In this document: positions 18,691 through 28,467 of the stretch, piece after piece
Layout of the letters: each line of letters opens with the position of its first letter
Position numbering within the stretch: the stretch's first letter is position 1
DNA from: a virus
Lineage: Duplodnaviria > Caudoviricetes
Length of the DNA: 35,899 bases
IMG/VR virus record: IMGVR_UViG_3300046832_000788
Location: 1 to 35,899 of that record
Direction: 5' to 3' (one strand)
Translations under genes and position numbers: made by a program
The notes under the pieces: model-generated
Database searches by the model: none
What the model saw: only the letters and a program-made list of their open reading frames with translations
What the model was told of the DNA's origin: nothing

Positions 18691-21600
18691 TTATCGGTTT
18701 CTTGACCAATATCTAGGGTTAAGAACTCTTAAGAACATGTCGTATCCTTCGCCACCTGGCTTTAGAAGAGAGTCGATGCGTTCTTGAACTTTAGCGCGGT
18801 ACGCGTCGAGGCTTCCGAAGTTCTTGACGATGAGATCAAGTTCTTTTCCCGTAGGAAGATTAGCAGGATTGTCTAGCTGCATCATCATTACGCGAGCTTC
18901 GTTTCTAAAGATATCAAGAATTTCTTCTTGCTTTAGACGCTTAGTCAAAACAGGCATTGCCATTCCATAGATCTTATTGCTGTCACCGTCAAACAGCTCT
19001 TGTACGGTAAACTGCATTCCTTCAATGTCAGGACTAAACGTTGACAGCGCATGGTCAATGGGCAATGCGCGAATACGTGTCTTGTCGGTGCCATCGACCG
19101 CCAGTAAAAGATTATTGTTGTGACGGTCCATGTTGCTAATAATAAGATCTACTAACATAATGCGCACGGCATCTTCAGGGGTATGAAGAAGGTCCATAAA
19201 GTTTTCTGGAGTAATCTTGATTGTAGTCCCGTCAGGCATGTTGATTGCCATACGATTTCCAAGCGCATTCTGCGCGGTCATTGGCTCACTCAGCAGAGGA
19301 ATGCCAGCTCCTGCGCGCTGCATAACAAGAATCTCTGGGTCGACGTTACTGACGCGTGTTTCATACCCGGCACTTACACCAGCAGCGCGTAGCATTGTGT
19401 CTGCTTGTACCTCTGCGCCAGGACCGCTAATTTCAAACTGAGTAGCGTACGAGTCCTTCTTCACAAAAAACACTTGACCTGAATCATTGTGTGTCACCAT
19501 ATAGGTGTCATTGACTCCAGATTCAAAGACGCCAAGTTCTTTTACAGTAAAACCTGGTACATTATTTCTGCGAACGTCTTCAATTGACACATCTAGAAGC
19601 TGCGATCCAACTCCAAAGTCCTTTGAAGAAGCTAGTGGATTATCAGCCTTAAACTCTGCATCAAGCGCGATACGTAACTTGAAGATATCCTGCAGTGTAG
19701 CATCTCGTCCTTCGCCCTTAAGGAGCTGACCTGCAGTGTAGCGGTTAAGCGCTGTCTTAGCTGCTGGAGAAAGAACTGCCAATGAGCGGTTACTTCTTAG
19801 TACATCGCGAATCTGATCGATGTAAGGAGCTAGCTCTGGATTTGTATCTGCAAACTCGTTGCTGTTGACCTTTAGAACAAGTTCGCGGCTAACGCCAGGC
19901 CGATTTAGCTTGTCCTCTATGCGCTTACGTGCATTACGGGACTGGTCATAGTTAATAGCTTGACGCTGCTCGATAGCTTCTGGGCTGAGACGTTTTTGCC
20001 CATACCAGCTCATACTAATCATTTGCTTCTTGCCTACCCAGTTAGTCGCACCAGGGTACCAACCAATAAGCGCGAGCTCTAAAGGAGTAGGAACTGTGTC
20101 TACTTTATATTCTCCAGTTGGATTATCTTTTGCGACACGATCCTGCATTCTTTTAATGATCTGCTTTTCTTCATCTGTAGCATCTCTTCTATTTGACATG
20201 CTACGAAGAATACGTGGAACATCGCTTGCCTGTGAGGCTTGCCAGTTAAATCCGTTAAGCGCCCAGACAAAACCACCTTGCCATCCGCCTCCACCAGCCG
20301 CATAGACCTTTACACTGTCAAAGCCATTTGCGATATACCAATCTTCCATATATCTGTTATAGGCTGTAACAAAACCAGACTTCTTGTCTCTTGTGTTTGG
20401 AATTTTAAGAATATTGTTTGACACTGTCCATGACGCAGATTTAGTTCCGTCTGGATTTTCCTTGTTCGTGCTTCTAAGAGTACGGCTGCCTTCTCCGATT
20501 TGAACTCCTTGATCATTTAGAATTCTAAATGCTACTGAGATTTCAGCCTCGCCTGAAGGATAGATAGTGTATCCGACTCGAGCACTCTTATCAAGAGTGT
20601 AGTTATTTTTTCCAAACTGCACGCCTTCACGAATTCCAAAAATGTCTTTGATAAGGTTGTCAGTCTGAGCTCGAAACGCGGCTTGGTCACTAGAAGCTTG
20701 GTCACGCTCGTCAGGAGAGGATGATGAAGACTCTGCTATAGCTTTAGCTTCTTTTTCTTTTGCTATAAGATCTGTGATGTTGCCGATAGTAGCTCTGTCA
20801 CGGCCAGCTCTTGCGATTTCAGGAGCGCGTAGACCCCAGGCAGAGTAGTCAGATTGCTTTGCATCAGGGTTAGCAAACTCCGCAATCTCGGCTGGAGTGT
20901 CTACTAACTTAACTCCAGAAATGCTTCCGTCTCCTGCTATAACTGGAGTGCCTGAAGCGGCTGGCTCGTTAAATCGAGCTGAAGGATCTTGTGGAACTGG
21001 GTTACGACGAGCTGGAGGTAACTGTCCTGGGCCTTGTGCTTGTTCTACTGGAGCGCCAGCATCAATTCCAAAGACTTGACGTGCAGAGCGAACAGCCGTG
21101 CTTCCATCATCAAAACGAACGCGAACATAGTCTGCATCACGGCCAGATTTTGTATCAATGTTTTGCACTGCTAAGATAGTTCCTGCACGTCCATCAGATA
21201 GTGCCTGCACGCGAGCGCCAGCACCAACAGCTACTCCGTTAGAGTCGAGAACAGTGTTATTTGCAGTATATCCAGCTTCACGAGGACCTGGATAGACAAA
21301 CTGTGGAGTTTCAGCTGCTGGGGAGTCAATAGGAGCGTCAACTAGAGGCTCTTCAACAGTAGGTGAAGCATCTGCAGGCTCTTCTTGAGCTACTCGACCA
21401 AGTATGGCAGGACCTGCGACTTCAGCGATTGCTTCAATAATCTCTTCATCGCTAGCCTCGGACCAATCAAGCAATCCTTTTTCATCTATAACATCACGAA
21501 TCTTGTCAACCGTGTCATCGTCAACCGTGTTTCCAGTTTGCTCGATGAGATCCTTAATCATCTGCGAGTGAGCTTGCAAAGTCGGTGTCTCTGGCTTTGG

Positions 21601-24201
21601 CTCGCTCATATCGTTTGACTCACGCTTTAGATCTACAAGAATGTCGTTTGTGTTAACACCTTGTAGTTGAAGTGCGTCACGGATTGCCTCTACTGGAACC
21701 TCGGTTGTAATATCACCAAAGTTTAGAAGCGCAGCGCCAGAGCCGTCTGTAATTCCTTCAAGCATCTGCATGATGAGATCTGATGTCTCGTAGTCAGCAG
21801 CTATGTCAGGCGCGTTGTCAGTGTAGCCATTTTCGTCAGGCGTTGGCTGAGACGGAATGTACACGCTTGGGTCTGGGATGTAATAGTCAGGGTTTTCAAA
21901 GTCAATAGGAAGATTTTCTATAAGAGATCCTGGAAGCTTTACAACAGACGTTGTCTTTTGGTTTGCAATTGAAGGCTCATCGTCTGGAGTTGCATCTTTG
22001 ATCTGACGAATCTCAGCAGTAATGTCATCTACAAGCTTTGCTTCCTCAGGAGAAGGTGTTCCGCCTTGCGCGTCAATAAGCTTTGCTAGGTTCTTGTTGT
22101 CTCCAGTTACAGAGTCGTATACGTTCGCAAGAACACGGTTAGGGTCGACTCCTGCATGCCATAGAGCATTGAACAATGACTCTGCAGGTACGAACTCTGC
22201 GCCTGCATTAAACTCTAATTGACCAGCACCAGACGGACGACCGAGGTTGACCTGTGCAATCTCTGTGTCAACGTCAACCTCTGATGGAGCGTCTAGCTCG
22301 TCGTCATCACCAACGTTTGCATTAAGAATATCGGCAACAGCCGCGTCAGAAGAGTTTCCAATAACTGCCTCAGAGAACGCAGAGATAAGATCTTGAACTG
22401 CGAACTTAGTTGCAAGACGCTCTGGGTCGTCTGTAAAGTCTGTGCTTCGCTCGTCTACACGACCTTGAACGTCGTAGTCTGCCGTATTGAACTTAAAAGC
22501 TCCATTTGGAACTTCAAAATCAGAAAATAGTCCAGGAGCAGAAGGATCAGAAGGAGACACTGGCTTTATAGGTGTTCCACCTGAGGGAGGAGCTGGAGGC
22601 TCTTCATTTGGTGTATTATCAACAGACGCGATTGGCTCTAACGAGCGACCACGGTTTTCTTCTTCTGCCTTAATCCAACGCGGGATATCTGCATCAGCTT
22701 CAGCCCAGGAGTCATACTTCTTGTCATAGGCTGCAAATGTTCCGTCACGGTAGAACTCTGCTTCAGCAAAGACAGGGTTTCCATTGTCATCTGCAATTAT
22801 TTTCCTATACTGAATAGAAGGAAGTCCTTCTTCAGCATATACGATGTCTGCGCCGATAGCTCTGCGCTGGATATCAGCTGCCCTACCTGGCTTAACAACG
22901 CCTTCCCAGCCGTCAGGAACTGTATTTCCATTTTGATCAACGCCACTCTTAACAAGCTCTTCAAGCTTGTCAAACTCTGCGTTGTGCACTGTTCTAGCAT
23001 CTAGGCGAGCTTTAACTTGTTCTTGTTGCGCAGAAGAGTCTTGGCCCTTAACTGCATCGTACGCTGCCTGATCTCCATTAGCAAGATCGTTTATATCAGC
23101 CCAGCTTGCAGCTTCTCCAACCTTGTCGCCAAGTGAACCGTCTTCTTTTTGACGGAAGAGAGTATACTCGCCGTCCGTTACCTTTGCAGTGTAGTTATCA
23201 TCAGATGTAAATGTGTTCTCGTCTTGCTTTGTCCAACCTGTTGGCGCATCGCGACGAGTAGACATAAGATCAACCTGTGAAGGAATTCCTACCATTGATT
23301 GATCTGGTGCAGCGCCTGGAGTTACTCCAGCCTTTTCTAAAGCTTCAGTTGGAATACGTGCAGAGTATGTCTCTACGTTTTGAGGTTGAACTGCATAGAT
23401 ACCATCTGGGAGATTTGCATCTCCTGAAACTTGGATAAGACCTGCAGGGCGTGGATTTTCTCCTGCCCTAGGTACACTTACACCTACATAAACACCAGAC
23501 GCAGAGCCTACTCCGCCTCCTGCCATACGGTAGCGGAAGTTTGCACCGCGTCCCATTTCAACCCAGCGGCCTTTCTTGTCGCGCCACTGTAAAGCTACAC
23601 GAGCTCTACGAGCAGCAGAAGAGTTACCCTGTGAGAAAGCTGCAATGATTGGAGCTGGGTCAAGCTTAAAGTATCCAGGGACGTTTTCCTTAGTAACACT
23701 TAAACGCATGAATGCATGCTCGCGCTCTAGTGAACCTGGCTCTGCAGAGAACGCAGCTGCAACTAGCGGGCGCGCGTTATGCGAAACGTCTGGGTCAGAC
23801 GCGAGCCATTGTGAATACTTGAAGCGGTATTCTTCAGGTGTGAGCGACGCATTGAGCGCCGACAAAGGATTCCCCTGAGGCAATAGGTCTGTATGATTAG
23901 TCGTATTTGCACTAAACGTTTTTTGTGCGCTGGAGATAAATACCGATACCTCACGGAGAACACCAAAGTCACGAGACTCGTCTGACAGAGTAGATAGATC
24001 TGCAAGCGCGCGTTCCATAACGATAAGCGCAGAGCGTGGAGTGATCTGGCGCTCTTGTAGCGCATTAGCGTTTGCCTCATTAACAAGAGATAGAACACGC
24101 TGGCGAAGTGTAAGAACAGGGATGTAGTTACTGTCCTTTTTCTTCTTAGCTGCACTGCGCTCTAATGAACGCTGGATCTTCTTGTTGATTGGCGATTCCA
24201 T
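18691..24201 (-). CDS. 1836-aa polyvalent protein with SH3/KOW-like, GNAT-like and C-terminal HipA/PI3-PI4-kinase-like domains
   Basis: Kinase motifs: GVNDTY..FFVKK..E, DLIISNMDRHNNNLLL, PIDHALS. GNAT-like segment: KKSGFVTAYNRYMEDWY..NGFDSVKVYA..GGFVWALNGFNW. SH3-like segment: GARVQ..GTILAV..YVRVRFDDG. Confidence 0.72.
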   Translation of the reverse strand: MESPINKKIQRSLERSAAKKKKDSNYIPVLTLRQRVLSLVNEANANALQERQITPRSALIVMERALADLSTLSDESRDFGVLREVSVFISSAQKTFSANTTNHTDLLPQGNPLSALNASLTPEEYRFKYSQWLASDPDVSHNARPLVAAAFSAEPGSLEREHAFMRLSVTKENVPGYFKLDPAPIIAAFSQGNSSAARRARVALQWRDKKGRWVEMGRGANFRYRMAGGGVGSASGVYVGVSVPRAGENPRPAGLIQVSGDANLPDGIYAVQPQNVETYSARIPTEALEKAGVTPGAAPDQSMVGIPSQVDLMSTRRDAPTGWTKQDENTFTSDDNYTAKVTDGEYTLFRQKEDGSLGDKVGEAASWADINDLANGDQAAYDAVKGQDSSAQQEQVKARLDARTVHNAEFDKLEELVKSGVDQNGNTVPDGWEGVVKPGRAADIQRRAIGADIVYAEEGLPSIQYRKIIADDNGNPVFAEAEFYRDGTFAAYDKKYDSWAEADADIPRWIKAEEENRGRSLEPIASVDNTPNEEPPAPPSGGTPIKPVSPSDPSAPGLFSDFEVPNGAFKFNTADYDVQGRVDERSTDFTDDPERLATKFAVQDLISAFSEAVIGNSSDAAVADILNANVGDDDELDAPSEVDVDTEIAQVNLGRPSGAGQLEFNAGAEFVPAESLFNALWHAGVDPNRVLANVYDSVTGDNKNLAKLIDAQGGTPSPEEAKLVDDITAEIRQIKDATPDDEPSIANQKTTSVVKLPGSLIENLPIDFENPDYYIPDPSVYIPSQPTPDENGYTDNAPDIAADYETSDLIMQMLEGITDGSGAALLNFGDITTEVPVEAIRDALQLQGVNTNDILVDLKRESNDMSEPKPETPTLQAHSQMIKDLIEQTGNTVDDDTVDKIRDVIDEKGLLDWSEASDEEIIEAIAEVAGPAILGRVAQEEPADASPTVEEPLVDAPIDSPAAETPQFVYPGPREAGYTANNTVLDSNGVAVGAGARVQALSDGRAGTILAVQNIDTKSGRDADYVRVRFDDGSTAVRSARQVFGIDAGAPVEQAQGPGQLPPARRNPVPQDPSARFNEPAASGTPVIAGDGSISGVKLVDTPAEIAEFANPDAKQSDYSAWGLRAPEIARAGRDRATIGNITDLIAKEKEAKAIAESSSSSPDERDQASSDQAAFRAQTDNLIKDIFGIREGVQFGKNNYTLDKSARVGYTIYPSGEAEISVAFRILNDQGVQIGEGSRTLRSTNKENPDGTKSASWTVSNNILKIPNTRDKKSGFVTAYNRYMEDWYIANGFDSVKVYAAGGGGWQGGFVWALNGFNWQASQASDVPRILRSMSNRRDATDEEKQIIKRMQDRVAKDNPTGEYKVDTVPTPLELALIGWYPGATNWVGKKQMISMSWYGQKRLSPEAIEQRQAINYDQSRNARKRIEDKLNRPGVSRELVLKVNSNEFADTNPELAPYIDQIRDVLRSNRSLAVLSPAAKTALNRYTAGQLLKGEGRDATLQDIFKLRIALDAEFKADNPLASSKDFGVGSQLLDVSIEDVRRNNVPGFTVKELGVFESGVNDTYMVTHNDSGQVFFVKKDSYATQFEISGPGAEVQADTMLRAAGVSAGYETRVSNVDPEILVMQRAGAGIPLLSEPMTAQNALGNRMAINMPDGTTIKITPENFMDLLHTPEDAVRIMLVDLIISNMDRHNNNLLLAVDGTDKTRIRALPIDHALSTFSPDIEGMQFTVQELFDGDSNKIYGMAMPVLTKRLKQEEILDIFRNEARVMMMQLDNPANLPTGKELDLIVKNFGSLDAYRAKVQERIDSLLKPGGEGYDMFLRVLNPRYWSRNR

Positions 24202-24206
24202 TAGGC

Positions 24207-26387
24207 TTATCCCTTACGCTTTTTTGGAAGTAAGTCTGCGTCCTTTGATTCATATAGCTTTGTCGCAAGTGTATATGCTCGCTCGAAAGGAACGTCTCCG
24301 TCGCGAACACCGCGTAGCCATGCACCGCGAAGAGCTGGGATTGCCTCGTAGCCAAGACCTGTGTACTCGGCCATAGAGTAAATAGCATGCTCTGGTGAGC
24401 CGTATTCATCTGCGGACTTAAGTGCGATCTGTAAAAGCTCGTGCTGTAGAACAGATGCCTCACCGCGACTTGACTTTGGATGCGCCTTAGGCAAAAGATC
24501 GTTGTCCTGCTTGTAATTTGGATTTGCAGGAGAGCCTGAGCGCAAAAGCTTTAGGAACGCGTTAACGCGAGCCATTGCCCACTGATCACGAGTCTTACCT
24601 GGTCTGTGTGAGCTTGAGAACGCGCCTGAGCCTCTACGGTAGACAGCCTTTAACATTGGAAGTGTCGCCTTACGCCCAGGCTTTGCATCCTTGTTGTGCT
24701 CTGCTACTTTATTGCGAAGAGCTGTTTCTGTCTTTGCAGAGAAAACAATTTTCTTAGATCCAGCTGCAGACCCTGGCTTATTTTTCTTTGAGCCGTAGAT
24801 GCGGTCCTTCTTTGGAGCCTTACGTGAGCTTGCTGCAGTAATAGGTCCACCGACTGCCCACGCGTTACATGTACGAGATGCGGCGCACTTAAAGTCTAAT
24901 GCTTCGCAGTACCCAAGCTCTGCCTGGTCGATTGCTGAGTCAGCGTCTGTAGAGCTAGAGTCGCCTTGCTCTAGTCCAGAGGAAATGCAATCAAGCATCT
25001 TTGGAGTGCGAACAAAGAATACGCAGTTCCCGCAGACGCTTGTCTTTGCTTCTTCAGGAGTTGTATCCCACTTGTCAGCTTTCTCTTGCCAAAATTCTTC
25101 GTTAGGCTCTTTAGGATTCAACGGGCCGTAGCCAACGTTGTCAATAGCGTTTTGACGATTCTTTAGATTTAATTGAATGTCCTGTGTTGCAGGTGGGCAC
25201 TCGTCTGCATCATCTGCTGCAAACTCCGAGTCATCGGATGCATCTACAGGAACACAGTTAGGAACCATATCTCCGTTCTTGCCCTTCTTCATTCCTACTT
25301 GCTTGTATCCGTCCCAGCACGGACTCTTTCCTGCAAACTCAGAAGAGTCGTAAGAATCTAAAAGATCAACTGAAGCTGTGATCTGGTCGTCTTCAACCTT
25401 AACTACGCCGTCAGGGATAACCGCAAAGCGGCACTTGCCGTCGTCTTCAATTGGCTGTGCGATAATCTTGCAAACGCCAGGACCTTCGTACAAGACACAG
25501 TTGATGCACTTAACACCGATGTCCTTGACATCGTTCTCTTCTGGAGGAGTATATCCTGCCCAGATACCTGTACGGTCTTCGTTAAACTTTCCGTACTTCT
25601 CTGCGATCTCTAAAAGCGCCTTAGCAAGATCCTGCTCCTCGGCAACGATAATGCCAGCGGCTGCCATTGCCTCGTCACGCTCTTCTTGGTACGAGAACAT
25701 CGGGTCATACTCTTCATCTGCGATGTCCATGGAGATGTGGCACTGCGGACATGGGCAATCTTCACCGCATAGGCAATAGCCGTTATCGCATCCCGGGCAT
25801 ACGCATCCGACAGGCCCGCATAGAGGGCAACCGTCGTTATCATTCATAAGCTGCTCAACAACAGGAGTGTCTCCTGCGTCTAAGAGTTCAACAGCTTCAG
25901 ATTTTCCCAGCATATCTGCTTCAGTTGGTGATAGGAACGCGGCTAGCTGCCAACGCCACTTCTTTTGCATATCAATTCGTCCACCGATGAAGTCTGCGAC
26001 ACCTTGCTCATTTGCCGCTGTTGCAAGCTGGAAGCAATTGTCAAGAGACATGATCATAATGTTGTTTGCTGCATATAAATCTTGAACCATCATCATTGCG
26101 TCTGTGCCGCAGTCCATGTCGTCCATCTGGCTGAGGTTCATAAGATCCTCAAGACGATAAGGAGCCATCGCTCCAAGCTTACGCATGTTCTCCGCTAGAG
26201 GATCAAACATAGAGTAAACGTCCTCGTAGATTTCCTGGAAGAACTCGTGGAACTGGCTGAAGTCACGTCCCATAACGTTCCAGTGATGTCCCTGAGCCTT
26301 AAAGTACAAGTGGACTGCGTTGCCTAATGTATCGGCAAGACACTCTACAACCTCAGGCTTTTCTACGCGCATGTTGGCGTGGTTCAT
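24207..26387 (-). CDS. Dps/ferritin-like domain fused to several Cys-rich modules and a basic C-terminal domain
   Basis: N-terminal HHWNVMGRDFSQFHEFFQEIYE...DPLAE.MRKLG...KWRWQL is a Dps signature. It is followed by a Cys cluster, CxxC modules and a VYRRG.GAF..SHRPG...QWAMARVNAF domain. Confidence 0.8.
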   Translation of the reverse strand: MNHANMRVEKPEVVECLADTLGNAVHLYFKAQGHHWNVMGRDFSQFHEFFQEIYEDVYSMFDPLAENMRKLGAMAPYRLEDLMNLSQMDDMDCGTDAMMMVQDLYAANNIMIMSLDNCFQLATAANEQGVADFIGGRIDMQKKWRWQLAAFLSPTEADMLGKSEAVELLDAGDTPVVEQLMNDNDGCPLCGPVGCVCPGCDNGYCLCGEDCPCPQCHISMDIADEEYDPMFSYQEERDEAMAAAGIIVAEEQDLAKALLEIAEKYGKFNEDRTGIWAGYTPPEENDVKDIGVKCINCVLYEGPGVCKIIAQPIEDDGKCRFAVIPDGVVKVEDDQITASVDLLDSYDSSEFAGKSPCWDGYKQVGMKKGKNGDMVPNCVPVDASDDSEFAADDADECPPATQDIQLNLKNRQNAIDNVGYGPLNPKEPNEEFWQEKADKWDTTPEEAKTSVCGNCVFFVRTPKMLDCISSGLEQGDSSSTDADSAIDQAELGYCEALDFKCAASRTCNAWAVGGPITAASSRKAPKKDRIYGSKKNKPGSAAGSKKIVFSAKTETALRNKVAEHNKDAKPGRKATLPMLKAVYRRGSGAFSSSHRPGKTRDQWAMARVNAFLKLLRSGSPANPNYKQDNDLLPKAHPKSSRGEASVLQHELLQIALKSADEYGSPEHAIYSMAEYTGLGYEAIPALRGAWLRGVRDGDVPFERAYTLATKLYESKDADLLPKKRKG

Positions 26388-28112
26388 TTACTGTGCTCCT
26401 TCTTGTGGCTCTTGTAAAGCTGGTGGCAATTCTTCTTCTGCAGGTGTTGCTTCTGGAGATGCTGCCTGCTCTAAGATCTGTTGAATCTCAGGAGGTACAG
26501 GCGCTACGGAGCTTGCCTGCTGTGCGTCGCGGACCGCGTTCATAACCTCAGGCGCGATTGCGTCAAGCATTGCCTGGGTGAACTCCGGAGAGATCGTTCC
26601 CTTATCAGCAAGAAGACGAATTGCGATTTCCTTTGCGTCCGGTGCGTCTGCAGCGGAGAAGCCGTGAGCGCGTCGCCATGTCTCGTAGGAAACTGCCATA
26701 CGGTCAAATCCTGAATCAGCATCTGCTGCACGGTCATTACGTGTAGCAACCTGTGATGGGTCATACCAAACAACGATGCGCTTAACCTCGGCCTCGTCAA
26801 AGCCTGCAGCGATAAGCGCTGGTCGTAGGTAGACGACAGTTAATGCATCTGCGATGAGAAGCATCAACGGCTCGATGTGTGCCTTGTACAACGCTTCGTC
26901 AATTTGTAGCGCGTTGGAGTACTTAACGTTTGCTAGACCAGTTACGACATCCTTAGGAACGTCAAGTCCCTGGAGGATACGCTCAAGCACGCGATCTGCA
27001 CGTTGTGCAAGTGCAGGGTCAAACGAGCGCTCAAACTTAAACTGCTTAATTTTGTCGCCAAGCTCTGCAGGTCCACGAATAATCAACGGCACAACCGCGG
27101 ATGCTGAATCCTCGTCACGAATAGGAGTCGTCATCGCGTCCATGAGCTGATCCTCAAACTCGTCCGCAGCTTCCTCGGCTGTAATGCCAGGGTTTAACTC
27201 GTTCTCGTCGTCATATGGATAGTCTGGGTCTGCGCTAGCGGCAACAGAAAGTCCGTCTGGCAAGTAAAGGGCACCAGCGTTTAGACGTGAGCGCGCGGTT
27301 GCGCGAAACGTTCTGTTGAGGAGAAGAAGTTCAGAGCAAAGATCAAGGATACCCTTAATTGAAGAGTCAGCCTCTTCGGAGTAGCGTGGGTGAGCTCTCC
27401 AGATGCGTCCAACGAAAGCCGTGTTAGGAAGTCTGTATCCCTGTGTAGGACCAGATGAGCCAGACGATAGAACGTCACGACGTGGAACAATTGTGTATTG
27501 GTTCTTTGCGTCAAGTTGTAACTCGTCTGTTGAGCGAATGTCCCATGACTCTTTAACGCCTGAGCCTTTACGCTCTGGGAACTGGACGAGGTAGCATTCA
27601 CCTGTAACGGATAAGTTCAATGCCGCGTCCCGCAAAAGCCCAGCTTGTCCGCCGTACGCGGAGTCTAAGCGTGCTAATGCGCGTTCTGCGGCGGCCGCAA
27701 GATTTGGGTCAATGACATCACTGTCCCGAGCAGATACTGGATTCTCCGCAGGATTGTCAACAGCCGCAGCGTATAAACGAATACGCGATACGACGGACGC
27801 GACAAGATTAAACGCGTACTTAACTTCGCCGATGGCGTCGTAGTACTCCCAGGCTTCATGTTGCCAGTCGGTAGATCCGCCTTTGCGACGTTGCTTAAAC
27901 TTTTCAACTTCACCCTTATCGTCCAACTTCATTTGAACAGCCGCGGCAGTAATAGGACGAGGTGCAGAGTACGGCGCTGCTTGATAAGCGCCAGGAATAG
28001 GAGCAGGAGTTATAGCTGCTCTCTTTGGGTTACGAGGAGCGCTCGCGGTGATACGACGAGATCTAGAGGTAGGACGGTTGTTAGTGTTGTCGTCCTTAGA
28101 GAAAAGTGCCAC
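26388..28112 (-). CDS. Portal protein
   Basis: 574 aa with WQHEAWEYYDAIGE, LSVTGECYL, RIWRAHP, RSRLNAG.L..P and SAVVPLII motifs typical of actinophage portals. First gene of the head operon. Confidence 0.85.
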   Translation of the reverse strand: MALFSKDDNTNNRPTSRSRRITASAPRNPKRAAITPAPIPGAYQAAPYSAPRPITAAAVQMKLDDKGEVEKFKQRRKGGSTDWQHEAWEYYDAIGEVKYAFNLVASVVSRIRLYAAAVDNPAENPVSARDSDVIDPNLAAAAERALARLDSAYGGQAGLLRDAALNLSVTGECYLVQFPERKGSGVKESWDIRSTDELQLDAKNQYTIVPRRDVLSSGSSGPTQGYRLPNTAFVGRIWRAHPRYSEEADSSIKGILDLCSELLLLNRTFRATARSRLNAGALYLPDGLSVAASADPDYPYDDENELNPGITAEEAADEFEDQLMDAMTTPIRDEDSASAVVPLIIRGPAELGDKIKQFKFERSFDPALAQRADRVLERILQGLDVPKDVVTGLANVKYSNALQIDEALYKAHIEPLMLLIADALTVVYLRPALIAAGFDEAEVKRIVVWYDPSQVATRNDRAADADSGFDRMAVSYETWRRAHGFSAADAPDAKEIAIRLLADKGTISPEFTQAMLDAIAPEVMNAVRDAQQASSVAPVPPEIQQILEQAASPEATPAEEELPPALQEPQEGAQ

Positions 28113-28152
28113 TCTAAATTACTCCTCGTCGTTGATTAACGGAGTGCATGAA

Positions 28153-28467
28153 CTAATCGTCCAGGCGCGCAGTTATGAGTCCAGCTATAGCGGACAGGGC
28201 AAATATACACCCGATTAGGATAGTCATACTTGGAAAAAACGCATACGAGAACACTACTGGGAGCGCGACCCATAGCGAGACGCACCAGGAGCAGGTGAAG
28301 AAATACGCGATCTGGGAGTTAGCCGTAGTCTTCATCCAAACCCAGTCACGGACAGGAGTAAAAATTTCATCTATAACGATGAGCCGTGTTAGGCGGTAAA
28401 CAAATAGCGAGAGGATAATCACGTGCGCGACGGGCATGCGTTCAATCATGTATGTGTCTAGGTTCAT
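28153..28467 (-). CDS. DUF1360-like membrane protein
   Basis: YRLTRLIVIDEIF.P.R and CSWCVSLW motifs with hydrophobic helices. Confidence 0.72.
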   Translation of the reverse strand: MNLDTYMIERMPVAHVIILSLFVYRLTRLIVIDEIFTPVRDWVWMKTTANSQIAYFFTCSWCVSLWVALPVVFSYAFFPSMTILIGCIFALSAIAGLITARLDD

